A stretch of 64,000 nt of DNA from Candidatus Dormiibacterota bacterium (GCA_963718525.1 OY970355.1:416001-480000); one strand, 5' to 3'; positions 1 to 10,005 are shown, counted from the first letter of the stretch. Program-made: numbers and translations. Notes: generated by a model not told the origin, from the letters alone.

Positions 1-1635
1 GAGACCAAGCGCGGGCTGATCGTCACGCCGTCGACGCCGGACCCCGAGCTCCGCACGTGGTTGCGTGAGCAGGGCTTCCGGGACGCCATGGCGACACTCC
101 TGCAGGGCGAGGGCATGCTGCTCGGCACCCTGGTCGTTGCCAACCGGCTGAGCGACGTCGGCACCTTCGATAACGAGGATCTCCATCTGTTCGACGCCTT
201 CGCGGCGCAGACCAGCGTCGCCGTGCAGAACACTCGTCTCGGCCACCGTCTGCGCCAGCAGGCATTTCACGACACCCTGACCGACCTCGCCAACCGCGCA
301 CTCTTCATGGACCGTCTCGAGCACGCGCTCACGCGTCGCGAGCGCCACGACGAATCACTTGCCGTGATGTTCCTCGACCTCGACGACTTCAAGGAGATCA
401 ATGACAGCCTGGGGCACATGGCCGGCGACGAGCTGCTCGCGAGGGTCGCCGACCGGCTGAAGCTGGTGCTCAGAGCGTCCGATACGGCAGCACGTTTCGG
501 AGGCGACGAGTTCGCGATCCTCGTCGAGGAGACGGCATCTCCTGAGGACACCATCCGTGTCGCTGAACGGGTCGTCTCAGTTTTCAAGCCACGATTCGTC
601 ATCGCTGGTCGCGAGGTCACGATCAGCGCTTCGGTTGAAGTCGCCGTCACAGCGTCGCGCGATGTCAGCGCGGAGGAGCTTGTGGGCCGGGCCGACGTCG
701 CCATGTACCGCGCCAAGGTCAAGGGCAAGGACACCTACGAGATCTTCGAGCCGGGGATGCAGGACGTCGTCGCGCGCCGCCTCGAGGTACGAACGGACCT
801 GGAGCGCGCCATCGACCGCCACGAGCTCGTGGTCCTGTACCAGCCAATCGTCGATATGACCACCAGCACTCCTGTCGGTGTCGAGGCACTGGTCCGCTGG
901 AAGCACCCCCGCTGGGGAATGGTCGTTCCCGCGGAATTCATCAGCATCGCCGAGGAGACCGGCATGATCCGCGAGCTCGGCCTCCACGTCCTGGAGGAGG
1001 CGTGCAGGCAGTGGCAGGAATGGCAGGTCGAGTTGAACGACGAGCCCGGGTTCACCGTGAGCGTCAACGTCTCACCGCGGCAGCTGCGTGACCCGGGTTT
1101 CGTCAGCGAGGTGTGGCGCATCCTCACCAAGGCGGGGGTGCCGCCGTCCCATCTGACCCTCGAGATCACCGAGAGCTTCATGGTGGATGACCCGGAGAGC
1201 GCTCGAGCGCGCCTGCGGGAGTTGAAGTCGCTTGGTATTCGCATCTCCATGGATGACTTCGGCACCGGGTACTCGTCGCTGGCATCGCTGCAGGACCTGC
1301 CCCTGGACATCCTCAAGATCGACAAGCTGTTCGTCGACCACGTCGCCGAGGATCCGCGCCGTACGGCGTTCGCCCAGGCGATCATCCGGATGGGCAAGAC
1401 CCTCGGGCTCGGGCTCATCGCCGAAGGTGTGGAGACCGCCGACCAGTCGGAGCGGCTCCTGAGCCTCGGCTGCCGCCTGGCCCAGGGCTTCTATTTCTCG
1501 AGGCCGGTGCCCGCCGATGAGATCCAGCGGATGTTGCACGCGTCCCATGCGATGCGCCTCGCCGGGGGGAGATGGGCACAGGCGGAGCCCACCGAGCGGC
1601 GTGCGTTTCTCCGCGTGCTCGAGGAGACCGCGTAG
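1..1635 (+). CDS. GAF-GGDEF-EAL c-di-GMP cyclase/phosphodiesterase (5' partial)
   Basis: Frame is open from base 1. GAF C-terminal end (LVVANR...F...DL.LF.AFAAQ.SVAVQN), HDTLTDLANR, ARFGGDEF, EALVRW, DDFGTGYSSL, AEGVET. Confidence 0.95.
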   Translation, partial: ETKRGLIVTPSTPDPELRTWLREQGFRDAMATLLQGEGMLLGTLVVANRLSDVGTFDNEDLHLFDAFAAQTSVAVQNTRLGHRLRQQAFHDTLTDLANRALFMDRLEHALTRRERHDESLAVMFLDLDDFKEINDSLGHMAGDELLARVADRLKLVLRASDTAARFGGDEFAILVEETASPEDTIRVAERVVSVFKPRFVIAGREVTISASVEVAVTASRDVSAEELVGRADVAMYRAKVKGKDTYEIFEPGMQDVVARRLEVRTDLERAIDRHELVVLYQPIVDMTTSTPVGVEALVRWKHPRWGMVVPAEFISIAEETGMIRELGLHVLEEACRQWQEWQVELNDEPGFTVSVNVSPRQLRDPGFVSEVWRILTKAGVPPSHLTLEITESFMVDDPESARARLRELKSLGIRISMDDFGTGYSSLASLQDLPLDILKIDKLFVDHVAEDPRRTAFAQAIIRMGKTLGLGLIAEGVETADQSERLLSLGCRLAQGFYFSRPVPADEIQRMLHASHAMRLAGGRWAQAEPTERRAFLRVLEETA

Positions 1636-1686
1636 GGCGCGGACCCGGACCTGCTGCTCGATCGCGTCGCCGCGCCCGGCCGTCCC

Positions 1687-2649
1687 TCAGAAGATGGCGT
1701 CGATGCGCGCGAGGAGGTCGGGGGTGAGTCGCTCGATGACCTCCAGGGCGCCCAGATTCTCGCGGACCTGTTCGACGCGGCTGGCACCGGTGATCACTGT
1801 GGAAACATGCGGATTGGACGCGCACCACGCGATCGAGAGCTGCGCCAGGGTGACGCCGAGCTCCGCAGCGATGACGCCAAGCTCGCGCACACGCCGATTG
1901 GCGTCTGCATTGGTGACGTCATCCTTGAGCCATCCGTAGCCGGGAAGCGCCGCTCGGCTCCCCGCCGGGATGCCGTCCTGGTACTTGCCGGTCAGGAGTC
2001 CGGAGGCGAGCGGGCTCCAGGTGGTCAGGCCGAGACCGATCCGCTCGTAGAGCGGAGCGAACTCCTTCTCCACCTTGTCGCGCTCGAAGAGGTTGTACTG
2101 AGGCTGCTCCATGACCGGCTTGTGCAGGTGGTGACGATCGGCAATCTCCCACGCCTCGAGGATGTCGGTCGCGCTCCACTCCGATGTGCCCCAGTACAGG
2201 GCACGACCCGACGCGATGATGTCGTGCATCGCTCTGACGGTCTCCTCGATCGGCGTCTCGGGGTCGGGCCGGTGACAGAAGATCAGGTCGAGAAAGTCCA
2301 GGCCGAGGCGGCGCAGGGACCCATCGACTGCGTGCAGCAAGTACTTGCGGTTGAGCGTGTTCCGTGTGTTGACCGAGTCGTCAATGCCCCAGAAGAACTT
2401 GCTCGAGATCACATACGTGTGCCTCGGCCAGCCGAGTTCGGCGATGGCTTCGCCCATGATGGTCTCGGAACGCCCGCCGGCGTAGACCTCGGCGTTGTCG
2501 AAGAAGTTGACCCCCGCGTCGTACGCGGCGGCAAGACAATCGCGTGCACTGCTGCCGGCGAGCTGTGGACCGAAGCTCACCCACGAACCAAACGAGAGCA
2601 CGCTCAACCGCAGCCCTGAGCGCCCGAGGTGTCGATACTGCATCTCCAT
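1687..2649 (-). CDS. Aldo/keto reductase, Kv-beta-like
   Basis: [57 protein letters not shown]. Confidence 0.95.
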   Translation of the reverse strand: MEMQYRHLGRSGLRLSVLSFGSWVSFGPQLAGSSARDCLAAAYDAGVNFFDNAEVYAGGRSETIMGEAIAELGWPRHTYVISSKFFWGIDDSVNTRNTLNRKYLLHAVDGSLRRLGLDFLDLIFCHRPDPETPIEETVRAMHDIIASGRALYWGTSEWSATDILEAWEIADRHHLHKPVMEQPQYNLFERDKVEKEFAPLYERIGLGLTTWSPLASGLLTGKYQDGIPAGSRAALPGYGWLKDDVTNADANRRVRELGVIAAELGVTLAQLSIAWCASNPHVSTVITGASRVEQVRENLGALEVIERLTPDLLARIDAIF

Positions 2650-2700
2650 GACGAGCGAGCATAGAGCCGGCGCCAGGGGTGGCGACGCGGCTCGGCACCG

Positions 2701-3108
2701 ATGAGTCAGGTCGACGCGCTCACGGGGTGGATCGCGGCGGGGCTCCTCGGCGTGGCCATCGCATCATCGCTCGTGAACCGATGGCGCCTCTCTGCCGGAT
2801 TGAGCTTCTCGATGGCATGGTTCCGCGCCCACAACTGGCTCGGTGCGGTGGCAACCGTGGCCGGGATCGCGCACTGCCTCTCGTCGGTCACCAGATCCAC
2901 CCTCCCGGCGGGAGAAGAGCTCGGGATCTGGGCAGGCGCCGCGGCGGTCGGCCTGCTGGTGCTCACGGCGTTCGCGGGCAGCAGCCTGTCCGGTGCCAAA
3001 CGCGAGCGGCGCATTCGGATCAGGCGCAACCATGTCGCCACAATGTTCGCCGTGCTCGCGGTCGGGATCGTGCACACGGCGCTCAACGGACCGCTCGCCG
3101 GCCGATGA
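2701..3108 (+). CDS. Small 4-TM membrane protein, ferric-reductase-like / cytochrome b-like
   Basis: Four hydrophobic segments and two H-x13-H pairs ([30 protein letters not shown]). Confidence 0.7.
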   Translation: MSQVDALTGWIAAGLLGVAIASSLVNRWRLSAGLSFSMAWFRAHNWLGAVATVAGIAHCLSSVTRSTLPAGEELGIWAGAAAVGLLVLTAFAGSSLSGAKRERRIRIRRNHVATMFAVLAVGIVHTALNGPLAGR

Positions 3109-3215
3109 CCGGCTGCGGCGTGACGCCACACGAACGGGACTCTGGCAAGATTGACCTCCGCACGCGCGCGACGGCGGGAAAGGCTTTGTGATGCGCGATC
3201 GTAAGAGGCACGCCG

Positions 3216-4937
3216 ATGACCGAGACGACTGAGGCTGCGTCCCCGCCGGGTGCGGGAGCTCAGCGCGGGGCGCCCACCCCTCCCGCGAGCGAACCGGATC
3301 CTCGCCGCTGGCTCGCGCTTGCGAGCGTAATGACCGCTCTGTTCATGGTGCTGCTCGACGTCTCGATCGTGAACGTCGCAATCCCAGCGATCCGGTCAAA
3401 TCTCGCCGCCAACAACGCCGACATCCAGTTTGTCATCGCGGGCTACGGGCTCGCCTACGCCGTGCTGCTGATCACCGGCGGTCGACTTGGTGACATCTTT
3501 GGCAGAAAGCGCTTGTTCATCATCGGGATGTCCGGTTTTGTGATCGCGTCGGCGCTCTGCGGGCTTGCCCAGAGCGCGATCATGCTCGACCTGTCGCGGG
3601 TGCTGCAGGGCGCGATGGCGGCAATGATGTATCCGCAGGTGCTCTCGGTCATCCAGGTCACCTTTCCGCCCCAGGAACGCGCGCGCGTTTTCGGCCTCGT
3701 CGGCGCGGTGATCGGGATGGCGACCATCACCGGCCCCCTCGTCGGCGGCCTCATCATTCGCGACGACATCACCGGCGGATCATGGCGGTGGATCTTCCTC
3801 GTCAACCTGCCGATCGGCATCGGGGCGCTCATCGCCGCCACCCGGCTCATCACCGAGTCGCGTGCCCCCAATGCGACACGCCTCGACGTCGGCGGCGTCA
3901 TCCTCGCGACCGCGGGCATCCTGTTGCTCGTCTACCCACTCGTCGAGGGACAGGTCGCCGGATGGCCCGCCTGGACGTTCATCTGCATGGCGCTCAGCCC
4001 CGTGATGCTGGCGCTCTTCATCCTGTACGAGCGGTCGCTCCCATCGACCCGGTTCCCCCTCGTGCAGCTCTCGCTGTTTCGGATCAGGTCGTTCAGCGTC
4101 GGTGTCGCGATCTCTGCGCTGTTCATCGCGGGCATTCCCGCGTTCTTCTTCACCTTCAGCCTGATGCTGCAGGTCGGGCTGGGATTCAGCGCGCTCAACG
4201 CGGGGCTGACGACGATCCCCTGGAGCATGGCGTCAGCGTTCGCGTCGTTCATGTCGACGCGAGTGGCGCCGCGACTTGGCAAGTGGACGATCGCGATCGG
4301 GTCGGCGCTGCTCGTGGTGGGGATCCTCGGCGTGATCCTCACGCTGCTCATCGTGGGCACGAAGGTCACCGGATGGGACCTGATCCCCGCTTTTCTGATC
4401 AGCGGACTGGGCCTCGGCACGGTCATCGCCCCGCTGCTCAACATCATCCTGTCCGGCGTGCCCTCCAGAGACGCCGGATCGGCGTCGGGGGTGCTCACGA
4501 CGTTCCAGCAACTCGGCGGCGCAATCGGCGTCGCAGTCGTGGGAGTCGTGTTCTTCGGGTTGCTCTCGAGCCGCGCGACGCCGGCAGTGGCTGCTGTGAC
4601 GCCGCAACTGCAGTCGCAGCTCGCGGCCGCCAACCTTCCTGCGCCACAGGCAGATGCGGCGATCTCGAAGTTCGCCGCCTGCTTCAAGGAGCTCGCGTCG
4701 TCGAGCGATCCCACGGCGCCAATCCCGGGGTGTCCGACTGCGAGTGCCACCACATCGAACCCGGTGGACCGGGCATTCGCGGAGGCAGCGCAAACCGCGC
4801 TGGCACAGGATTTCGTGACGTCGGTCGAGCGCATCCTTTACTTCAACGTCGGCTTCTGGGCGCTGACAGGCGTTCTGTCGATGCTGCTGCCGCGGGTGCG
4901 CCCGCAACCGGTCGCAGGAGCCGCGCACGCCGCTTGA
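3216..4937 (+). CDS. MFS transporter, DHA2 (EmrB/QacA-like) family
   Basis: LDVSIVNVAIP, GGRLGDIFGRKR, GPLVGG, WRWIFLVNLPIG; about 14 hydrophobic segments. Confidence 0.95.
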   Translation: MTETTEAASPPGAGAQRGAPTPPASEPDPRRWLALASVMTALFMVLLDVSIVNVAIPAIRSNLAANNADIQFVIAGYGLAYAVLLITGGRLGDIFGRKRLFIIGMSGFVIASALCGLAQSAIMLDLSRVLQGAMAAMMYPQVLSVIQVTFPPQERARVFGLVGAVIGMATITGPLVGGLIIRDDITGGSWRWIFLVNLPIGIGALIAATRLITESRAPNATRLDVGGVILATAGILLLVYPLVEGQVAGWPAWTFICMALSPVMLALFILYERSLPSTRFPLVQLSLFRIRSFSVGVAISALFIAGIPAFFFTFSLMLQVGLGFSALNAGLTTIPWSMASAFASFMSTRVAPRLGKWTIAIGSALLVVGILGVILTLLIVGTKVTGWDLIPAFLISGLGLGTVIAPLLNIILSGVPSRDAGSASGVLTTFQQLGGAIGVAVVGVVFFGLLSSRATPAVAAVTPQLQSQLAAANLPAPQADAAISKFAACFKELASSSDPTAPIPGCPTASATTSNPVDRAFAEAAQTALAQDFVTSVERILYFNVGFWALTGVLSMLLPRVRPQPVAGAAHAA

Positions 4938-4945
4938 CGTGACGA

Positions 4946-4982
4946 CGGGCCGCCGGTTCAGGACGCAGGAACCAGCGGCCCG
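4946..4982. terminator. Hairpin between convergent MFS and flp genes
   Basis: Arms cgggccgccggttc and gaaccagcggcccg form a 14-bp stem with one mismatch; no clear U-tract. Confidence 0.6.
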
Positions 4983-4991
4983 CGGGGGAGA

Positions 4992-5192
4992 CTAGTTGGC
5001 GAGCCCGCAACTCACATTCGAGAAGACGTTGTTCACCGTCTTGCCGAGCGTGGTGAGAATCACGATGACGACGATCGAGATGAGCACAAGGATCAGCGCA
5101 TATTCGATCATGCCCTGACCCTGCTCGTCGTCTCGGAGCCGTTCTCCGAGCTCGCGGATCCGTTCGCCGACCTCCAAGACCCTGGTGCCCAT
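4992..5192 (-). CDS. flp: Flp family type IVb pilin
   Basis: 66 aa; GQG/MIEYALILVLISIVVIVIL prepilin motif (G at -1, E at +5, Y at +6) then a hydrophobic helix; GGAG RBS upstream. Confidence 0.93.
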   Translation of the reverse strand: MGTRVLEVGERIRELGERLRDDEQGQGMIEYALILVLISIVVIVILTTLGKTVNNVFSNVSCGLAN

Positions 5193-5239
5193 TCGATATC
5201 TCCGATAAGAACTTTCCCCGACCTCACGAGGCGATACGT

Positions 5240-6331
5240 TCAGATTGACCTGGGTTCTCGAACCCTTCCGGAACGCCGGGTAACAGGGAGTCGCACAATG
5301 ATTCGCGTTCCGGCGACGTGCTCGTCATCGAGTGTGATGGTGCCTTTGTGGGCAGAAACGATTGCCGCGCAGATCGCGAGGCCGAGTCCGGCGCCACCGG
5401 TCTTCCTCGATCGAGACGCATCGCCGCGGGAGAAGCGCTCGAAGATCACTGGACGCATGCTCGGGGAGATCCCTGGCCCGGTATCGGTGATGGAGATCAC
5501 ACACACCCCCGGCGGAGCCGCGCCAAGCGCGAGCGTAACAACCCCACCCTTCGGGGTGTAGCTGAGGGCGTTCTCGAGCAGGTTGTCGAAGAGGCGGCCG
5601 AGGAGCAGCGCATCGCCTTCCACGACGCCTTCGCAGTCGAGCTGCTTGGTGATCCTGACCCCCAGCGTCTGCGCGTGACCCTCCCAGCGTGCGTACAACT
5701 CCTCGAGGACGTCGCTGATGTCAATCCGCGTCAACGAGGTGATCAATCCACCTGCGTCGCTACGCGACAGCGTCAGGAGCGATTCGGAGACCTTCACGAG
5801 CCGTCGCGTGTTCTTGAGGGCGAGTCGCACCGTCTCGGTCAATTCATCCGAGGTTCGCGGCTGAAGCAGGGTGATCTCCAGGTCGCTCTGCAGCGCCGAG
5901 AGCGGATTGCGCAGCTCGTGTGCGGCATCCGCGGTGAACCTGCGGAGCTGTTCGGCCATGGCGAGCTGGCTGCGCTCGCGGGCAATCAGCGAACGAACGG
6001 TGAGCTCGCTGAGACATGCGGTCACGACAATTGCCACGAACTGGAATTTCGCGGTCAATGGATCGATCGCGCCGGTGAGAGCCGTGGCGACGGTGACGAC
6101 CACGGCGGCGAGCGTGATCGTCGCCGCGAGCGGGGTCGGCAGGAGCCATGTCGCAAAGAGCACGGCAAGCAGCAGCATGCCGCCCAGGGTCGGGTTGTTC
6201 GGCACGGCAGTTTCGATGAGCAGGACGAGGAAGAGCATCGCCGCGCAGCCGAGGAAGGTGGTGACGCGGGCGAGCACGGTGGCGGGTTGGCGAGGAGCGA
6301 AGGCGTCACGGCGCCGGACCGCGACGTTCAC
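5240..6331 (-). CDS. Membrane sensor histidine kinase
   Basis: N-terminal TM helices, H-box FTADAAHELRNP, NLLENA, DTGPGI, FERFSRGD, GAGLGL. Start set at the GTG overlapping the regulator stop. Confidence 0.93.
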   Translation of the reverse strand: MNVAVRRRDAFAPRQPATVLARVTTFLGCAAMLFLVLLIETAVPNNPTLGGMLLLAVLFATWLLPTPLAATITLAAVVVTVATALTGAIDPLTAKFQFVAIVVTACLSELTVRSLIARERSQLAMAEQLRRFTADAAHELRNPLSALQSDLEITLLQPRTSDELTETVRLALKNTRRLVKVSESLLTLSRSDAGGLITSLTRIDISDVLEELYARWEGHAQTLGVRITKQLDCEGVVEGDALLLGRLFDNLLENALSYTPKGGVVTLALGAAPPGVCVISITDTGPGISPSMRPVIFERFSRGDASRSRKTGGAGLGLAICAAIVSAHKGTITLDDEHVAGTRIIVRLPVTRRSGRVREPRSI

Positions 6332-7023
6332 GCCACCGCCGCGGCTTCGCCGCCGATCAACCTGTAGCCAACTCCGCGACATGTCTCGATCAGCACCGAC
6401 GCGCGGGCATCGTGCAGCTTGCGGCGCACCTTCCCGGCGTACACCTCGACCAGGCCGGACTCCACCGTCTGCGCATCACCCCACACCGCGTCGTGGATCT
6501 GCTCCTTGCTCAACACCTGAGCGGGGTGGCGGAGAAAGAGCTCGAGGATCTCGTACTCTCGCCGCGTCGTCGGCACCACCTCGTCGCCGACCGTCACTTG
6601 GCGCGAGGCGCTGTCCATGCTCAGGTTGCCCGCCCTGAGGACCTCGACCTGAGGCGCCATCCGCCTGCGGCTCAGCGCTCGAACGCGGGCGAGCACCTCC
6701 TCGAAATGGAACGGCTTGGCGAGGTAGTCGTCTGCTCCCGCGTCGAAGCCGGCGAGCCGGTCCTTGACGTCGTCACGAGCGGTGAGCATGAGGATGGCCG
6801 TCGGCGCCCCCTGGAGGCGGAGATGCCGGCACAGACCGATGCCGTCCAAATTGCCGCCGAGCATCACATCGAGGACCGCGACATCGTAGGGGAGCCCGGC
6901 ACGCAGCGTGTCGACCGCCTCCTCCCCGCTCAGGGCGACGTCGACGGATATCCCGGCCTCCGCCAGGCCGCGGGCGAGGCTTCCGGCGACCTCGGGTTCA
7001 TCCTCGACGACGAGTACGCGCAC
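6328..7023 (-). CDS. OmpR-family response regulator
   Basis: RVLVVEDE, LDVML, MLTARD, GADDYLAKPF, winged-helix end IETCRGVGYRL. GTG start lies 6 nt after TACGAT. Confidence 0.95.
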   Translation of the reverse strand: MRVLVVEDEPEVAGSLARGLAEAGISVDVALSGEEAVDTLRAGLPYDVAVLDVMLGGNLDGIGLCRHLRLQGAPTAILMLTARDDVKDRLAGFDAGADDYLAKPFHFEEVLARVRALSRRRMAPQVEVLRAGNLSMDSASRQVTVGDEVVPTTRREYEILELFLRHPAQVLSKEQIHDAVWGDAQTVESGLVEVYAGKVRRKLHDARASVLIETCRGVGYRLIGGEAAAVA

Positions 7024-7087
7024 CCCGGCATCGTATTCAGCGGCGGCTGCCCGCATTCAATTCGCGAGTGACTCGATACTTGCTTGG

Positions 7088-7675
7088 ATGAATGACGTCA
7101 TCGCGGCCGATGGGGACCTGGTGATCCGGCGCGTGTGGGATCACACCGATGACTACGAGTGGCTGGCGGCCTGGCGGAACAGTCCCCATGTCAAGGAGTG
7201 GTGGGACCCGGACGAGCCAGACGTCACGGCGGATGCGGTGGCTGCCGAGTTCGCCACGCGCGCCGGAGGTGAGCTGACGGCCTCGTGCATCATCGAGCTG
7301 GGCGGCGAGCCGGTCGGCTTCATCCAGTTCTACCCCTGGGACGCCGAACGGGAGTACCTGGCCGAGATCGGGGTGCGCCTGCCCGAGGGATCCTGGGGAC
7401 TGGACATCTTCGTCGGCGATGCCTCCCTCATCGGCACCGGCACAGGTTCGCGGACCGTCAGGCTGCTCTGCGACCACCTCTTCGCCGAAGGGCCTGCGAC
7501 CGCCGTCGCCCTCATCACCGAGGCAGGCAACGCCCGTGCGCACGCCGCGTACACCCGCGCCGGGATGCGCGTGTGGGGTGAGCCCTTCCTCGACACCGAC
7601 ACCCGGGGTGGTCAGCGCGTCAACTCGATCCTCATGATCCGTGACCGGCCCGGTGAAACAGCTGGCGGGCGATGA
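7088..7675 (+). CDS. GNAT N-acetyltransferase, AAC(6')-Ib / IucB-like fold
   Basis: WRNSPHVKEWW, GEPVGFIQFY, GLDIFVG..LIGTGTGS, N.RA..AY..AG. Confidence 0.85.
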   Translation: MNDVIAADGDLVIRRVWDHTDDYEWLAAWRNSPHVKEWWDPDEPDVTADAVAAEFATRAGGELTASCIIELGGEPVGFIQFYPWDAEREYLAEIGVRLPEGSWGLDIFVGDASLIGTGTGSRTVRLLCDHLFAEGPATAVALITEAGNARAHAAYTRAGMRVWGEPFLDTDTRGGQRVNSILMIRDRPGETAGGR

Positions 7676-8777
7676 TCTCGCGCTGGACCTCGGACGCCCC
7701 CTCATAGATGCGGGTGCCGCGCACCTCGCGGTAGAGGTGCTCGAGGAGGTGTCCGCGCTCGAGGGCCCTGGCACCATGCACCTGGATCGCCACATCGATG
7801 GCGAGCATCGCGCTCTCGGTGGCGAAGAGCTTCGCCATCGCGGCAGCCTCGGTGTTGGGCAGGATGCCGGCATCCTGCGCGGCCGCTGCCGAGTGGACGA
7901 GCAGCCGCGACGCCTGGACTCGGGTGGCGACGTCGGCGAGCTGATGGCTCACCCCCTGCAGGCTGGACAGCGGCCCGCCGAAGGCCTGACGGTGTGCGGC
8001 GTGTGTGACCGCCGCATCGAGTGCAGCCTCGGCCATGCCCACGGCGCAGGCGCCGACGCTCGGCCGGAAGAGGTCGAGGGTGCGCATGGCGACCCCGAAT
8101 CCGTGGTCGACCTCGCCGAGAACGCTGCCTGCGGGCACGCTGACCCCGTCGAATCGAAGCCGGCCGATCGGGTGGTCGGCGATGAAGGGGATTGCCTCGC
8201 CGCTCAGACCGGCGCTTTCGCGGGGAACCGCGAAGGCGGTGATGCCCTTCGCACCGGCGCCCGCCGAGGTCCGCGCAAAGACCGTGTAGATGTCCGCATC
8301 GGGGGCGTTGGAGATGAAGATCTTCTCCCCGGTGAGCCGGAAGTCCCCCCCGTCGGCCTCGGCGGCGAGTGCGAGCGCGGCCACGTCGGACCCCGCGTCA
8401 GGCTCTGTCAATGCGAAGGCGGCAACCGCCTCCCCGGAGGAGACGCGCGGGATCCATCTCTTGACGATCTCAGTGCGACCGGCAGCCAGGATCGGATGCG
8501 CGCCGAGCCCCTGGAGTGCGAACGCCGTCTCGGCCTCCGTCGAATACCGCGCAAGGCCTTCGCGAATCAGGCAGAGGGTCAACGCCGGCACCTCGCGGCC
8601 CGCCGCGAGCACCTCAGGAACGAGCCCGTGCGTCGAAAGTGCCGCAACCAGCTCCCTGTTGACGGTGCCCGGCACCCCGGTATGCGCGATCGGGGCGAGG
8701 ATATCTCTCGCCAGCATCTCGCTCCTCACCAGGAGCTCACGTTGGGATCCGGTCAGATGCGCATATGTAGCGCTCAC
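7632..8777 (-). CDS. Acyl-CoA dehydrogenase (abm-type cluster)
   Basis: AFALTEPDAGSD, GEKIFISN, AAMAKLFATE, QVHG, IYEGASEVQR. GTG start overlaps the RidA stop. Confidence 0.93.
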   Translation of the reverse strand: MSATYAHLTGSQRELLVRSEMLARDILAPIAHTGVPGTVNRELVAALSTHGLVPEVLAAGREVPALTLCLIREGLARYSTEAETAFALQGLGAHPILAAGRTEIVKRWIPRVSSGEAVAAFALTEPDAGSDVAALALAAEADGGDFRLTGEKIFISNAPDADIYTVFARTSAGAGAKGITAFAVPRESAGLSGEAIPFIADHPIGRLRFDGVSVPAGSVLGEVDHGFGVAMRTLDLFRPSVGACAVGMAEAALDAAVTHAAHRQAFGGPLSSLQGVSHQLADVATRVQASRLLVHSAAAAQDAGILPNTEAAAMAKLFATESAMLAIDVAIQVHGARALERGHLLEHLYREVRGTRIYEGASEVQREIIARQLFHRAGHGS

Positions 8778-9181
8778 GCGATGACTGCGACGCCCACGAG
8801 CTCGACCAGCGCGGCCGGGTCGAACAGCTCGGTGATCCCGAGCACCGCCATCGCGGGATACCTGCGCCCGAAGTGGGTGCGCCAGACGCTGCCGAGCTCG
8901 GCGAGCGAAGCCCGATACCCGGCGAGATCGGTCACGTAGATCTGCAGGGACACGAGATCGTCGGGCTGGCCTCCGGCGGCATGAAGCGCGGCAATCAGGT
9001 TTCGCGCCGCCAGGTCGAACTGCTCGACGATGGTGCTCCCGAAGATGGCGCCGTCCATGGCCTGCGCCGTCTGCCCGCCGAGGTGGACGGTTCTTCCTGC
9101 TGCAGCGACGACCGCGTGGGCGTATCCAACCGGAGTGGGCAGATCCGGTGCGGTGATGATCTCGTGGCCCTTCTCGGTCAT
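8774..9181 (-). CDS. RidA/YjgF family enamine deaminase
   Basis: GYAHAV, LGGQ, YPAMAVLGI..L..P.ALVE; ATGA-coupled. Confidence 0.9.
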   Translation of the reverse strand: MTEKGHEIITAPDLPTPVGYAHAVVAAAGRTVHLGGQTAQAMDGAIFGSTIVEQFDLAARNLIAALHAAGGQPDDLVSLQIYVTDLAGYRASLAELGSVWRTHFGRRYPAMAVLGITELFDPAALVELVGVAVIA

Positions 9182-10005
9182 CGGCCCTCCCACACCGGGG
9201 CGCGGCCCTCGGACCAGGCCCGGTGGAATTCTGCATGGTCACGGCTGCCCATGAGGAGCGCCTGGGTCGTCGCATCGAGTTCGAGAGAGCCCGCGAGTTC
9301 CATATCGAGCTCGCGGGTGAGCAGCACCTTGGTCGCCGAGTAGGCGAGCGCCGGGCCGTCAGCAAGGCGGCGGGCCATCGTCAACGCGGCCTCCGTCAGT
9401 GCCTCGTCGTCGACCACCGCCGTCGCAAGGCCGATCTCGAGCGCCCGCCCCGCGTCGACCGGCTCCCCGAGGAGCAGCAGCTCAGTGGCACGCCCCAGCC
9501 CGATCACCCGCGGCAGCAGATATGCCGACCCCATGTCCGCGCCCGCCAGTCCCACCTTGGTGAACAGGAACGCAAAGCGTGCCGACCGCGCCAGGAGCCG
9601 GAGATCCGACGCCAGAGCGATCACCGCCCCGGCACCGGCCGCGACCCCGTTGACCGCGGCAATCACCGGGAGCGGGAACTCGCGAAGCGCCCGGACGACG
9701 GATCCTGTCATGCGCGTGAACTCGAGAAGGTCACCCGCCTGCATCGATCGCAGCGCGCCGATGATCTCGACGACGTCTCCCCCCGAGCAGAAGCCACGTC
9801 CCCTGCCGGTGATCACGAGAACGCGTGCGTCGCCGCGATGGGGCAGCTCGGCGAGCAGGTCACGCAGATCCGCATAGACGTCGAAGGTGAGCGCCCCGAG
9901 CTTCTCGGGACGCGCCAGCGTGATCGTCGCAACGCCGTCCGACACGTCGAAGTCGAAGTGCTGCCAGCGGTCCGTGAAGCCGGCCGAGGCACGGAATCGA
10001 GTCAT
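9178..10005 (-). CDS. Enoyl-CoA hydratase family protein (abm-type cluster)
   Basis: GRGFCSGGD, PVIAAVNGVAAGAG, FTKVGLAGADMG. Confidence 0.93.
   Translation of the reverse strand: MTRFRASAGFTDRWQHFDFDVSDGVATITLARPEKLGALTFDVYADLRDLLAELPHRGDARVLVITGRGRGFCSGGDVVEIIGALRSMQAGDLLEFTRMTGSVVRALREFPLPVIAAVNGVAAGAGAVIALASDLRLLARSARFAFLFTKVGLAGADMGSAYLLPRVIGLGRATELLLLGEPVDAGRALEIGLATAVVDDEALTEAALTMARRLADGPALAYSATKVLLTRELDMELAGSLELDATTQALLMGSRDHAEFHRAWSEGRAPVWEGR

Noticed and set aside
5000-5020. Flp C-terminal Cys codon as another GASTC-type error (AACTC on the + strand)
   Set aside because: The region is poorly conserved, so there is no independent evidence of an error.
5193-5300. Possible c-di-GMP riboswitch upstream of flp
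   Set aside because: The minus strand has only a small gggttc/gaaccc hairpin inside the kinase 3' end, with no GEMM core motifs.
7632-7675. 44-bp overlap of convergent GNAT and acyl-CoA dehydrogenase 3' ends
   Set aside because: Such overlaps are common in compact high-GC genomes and both proteins look complete.
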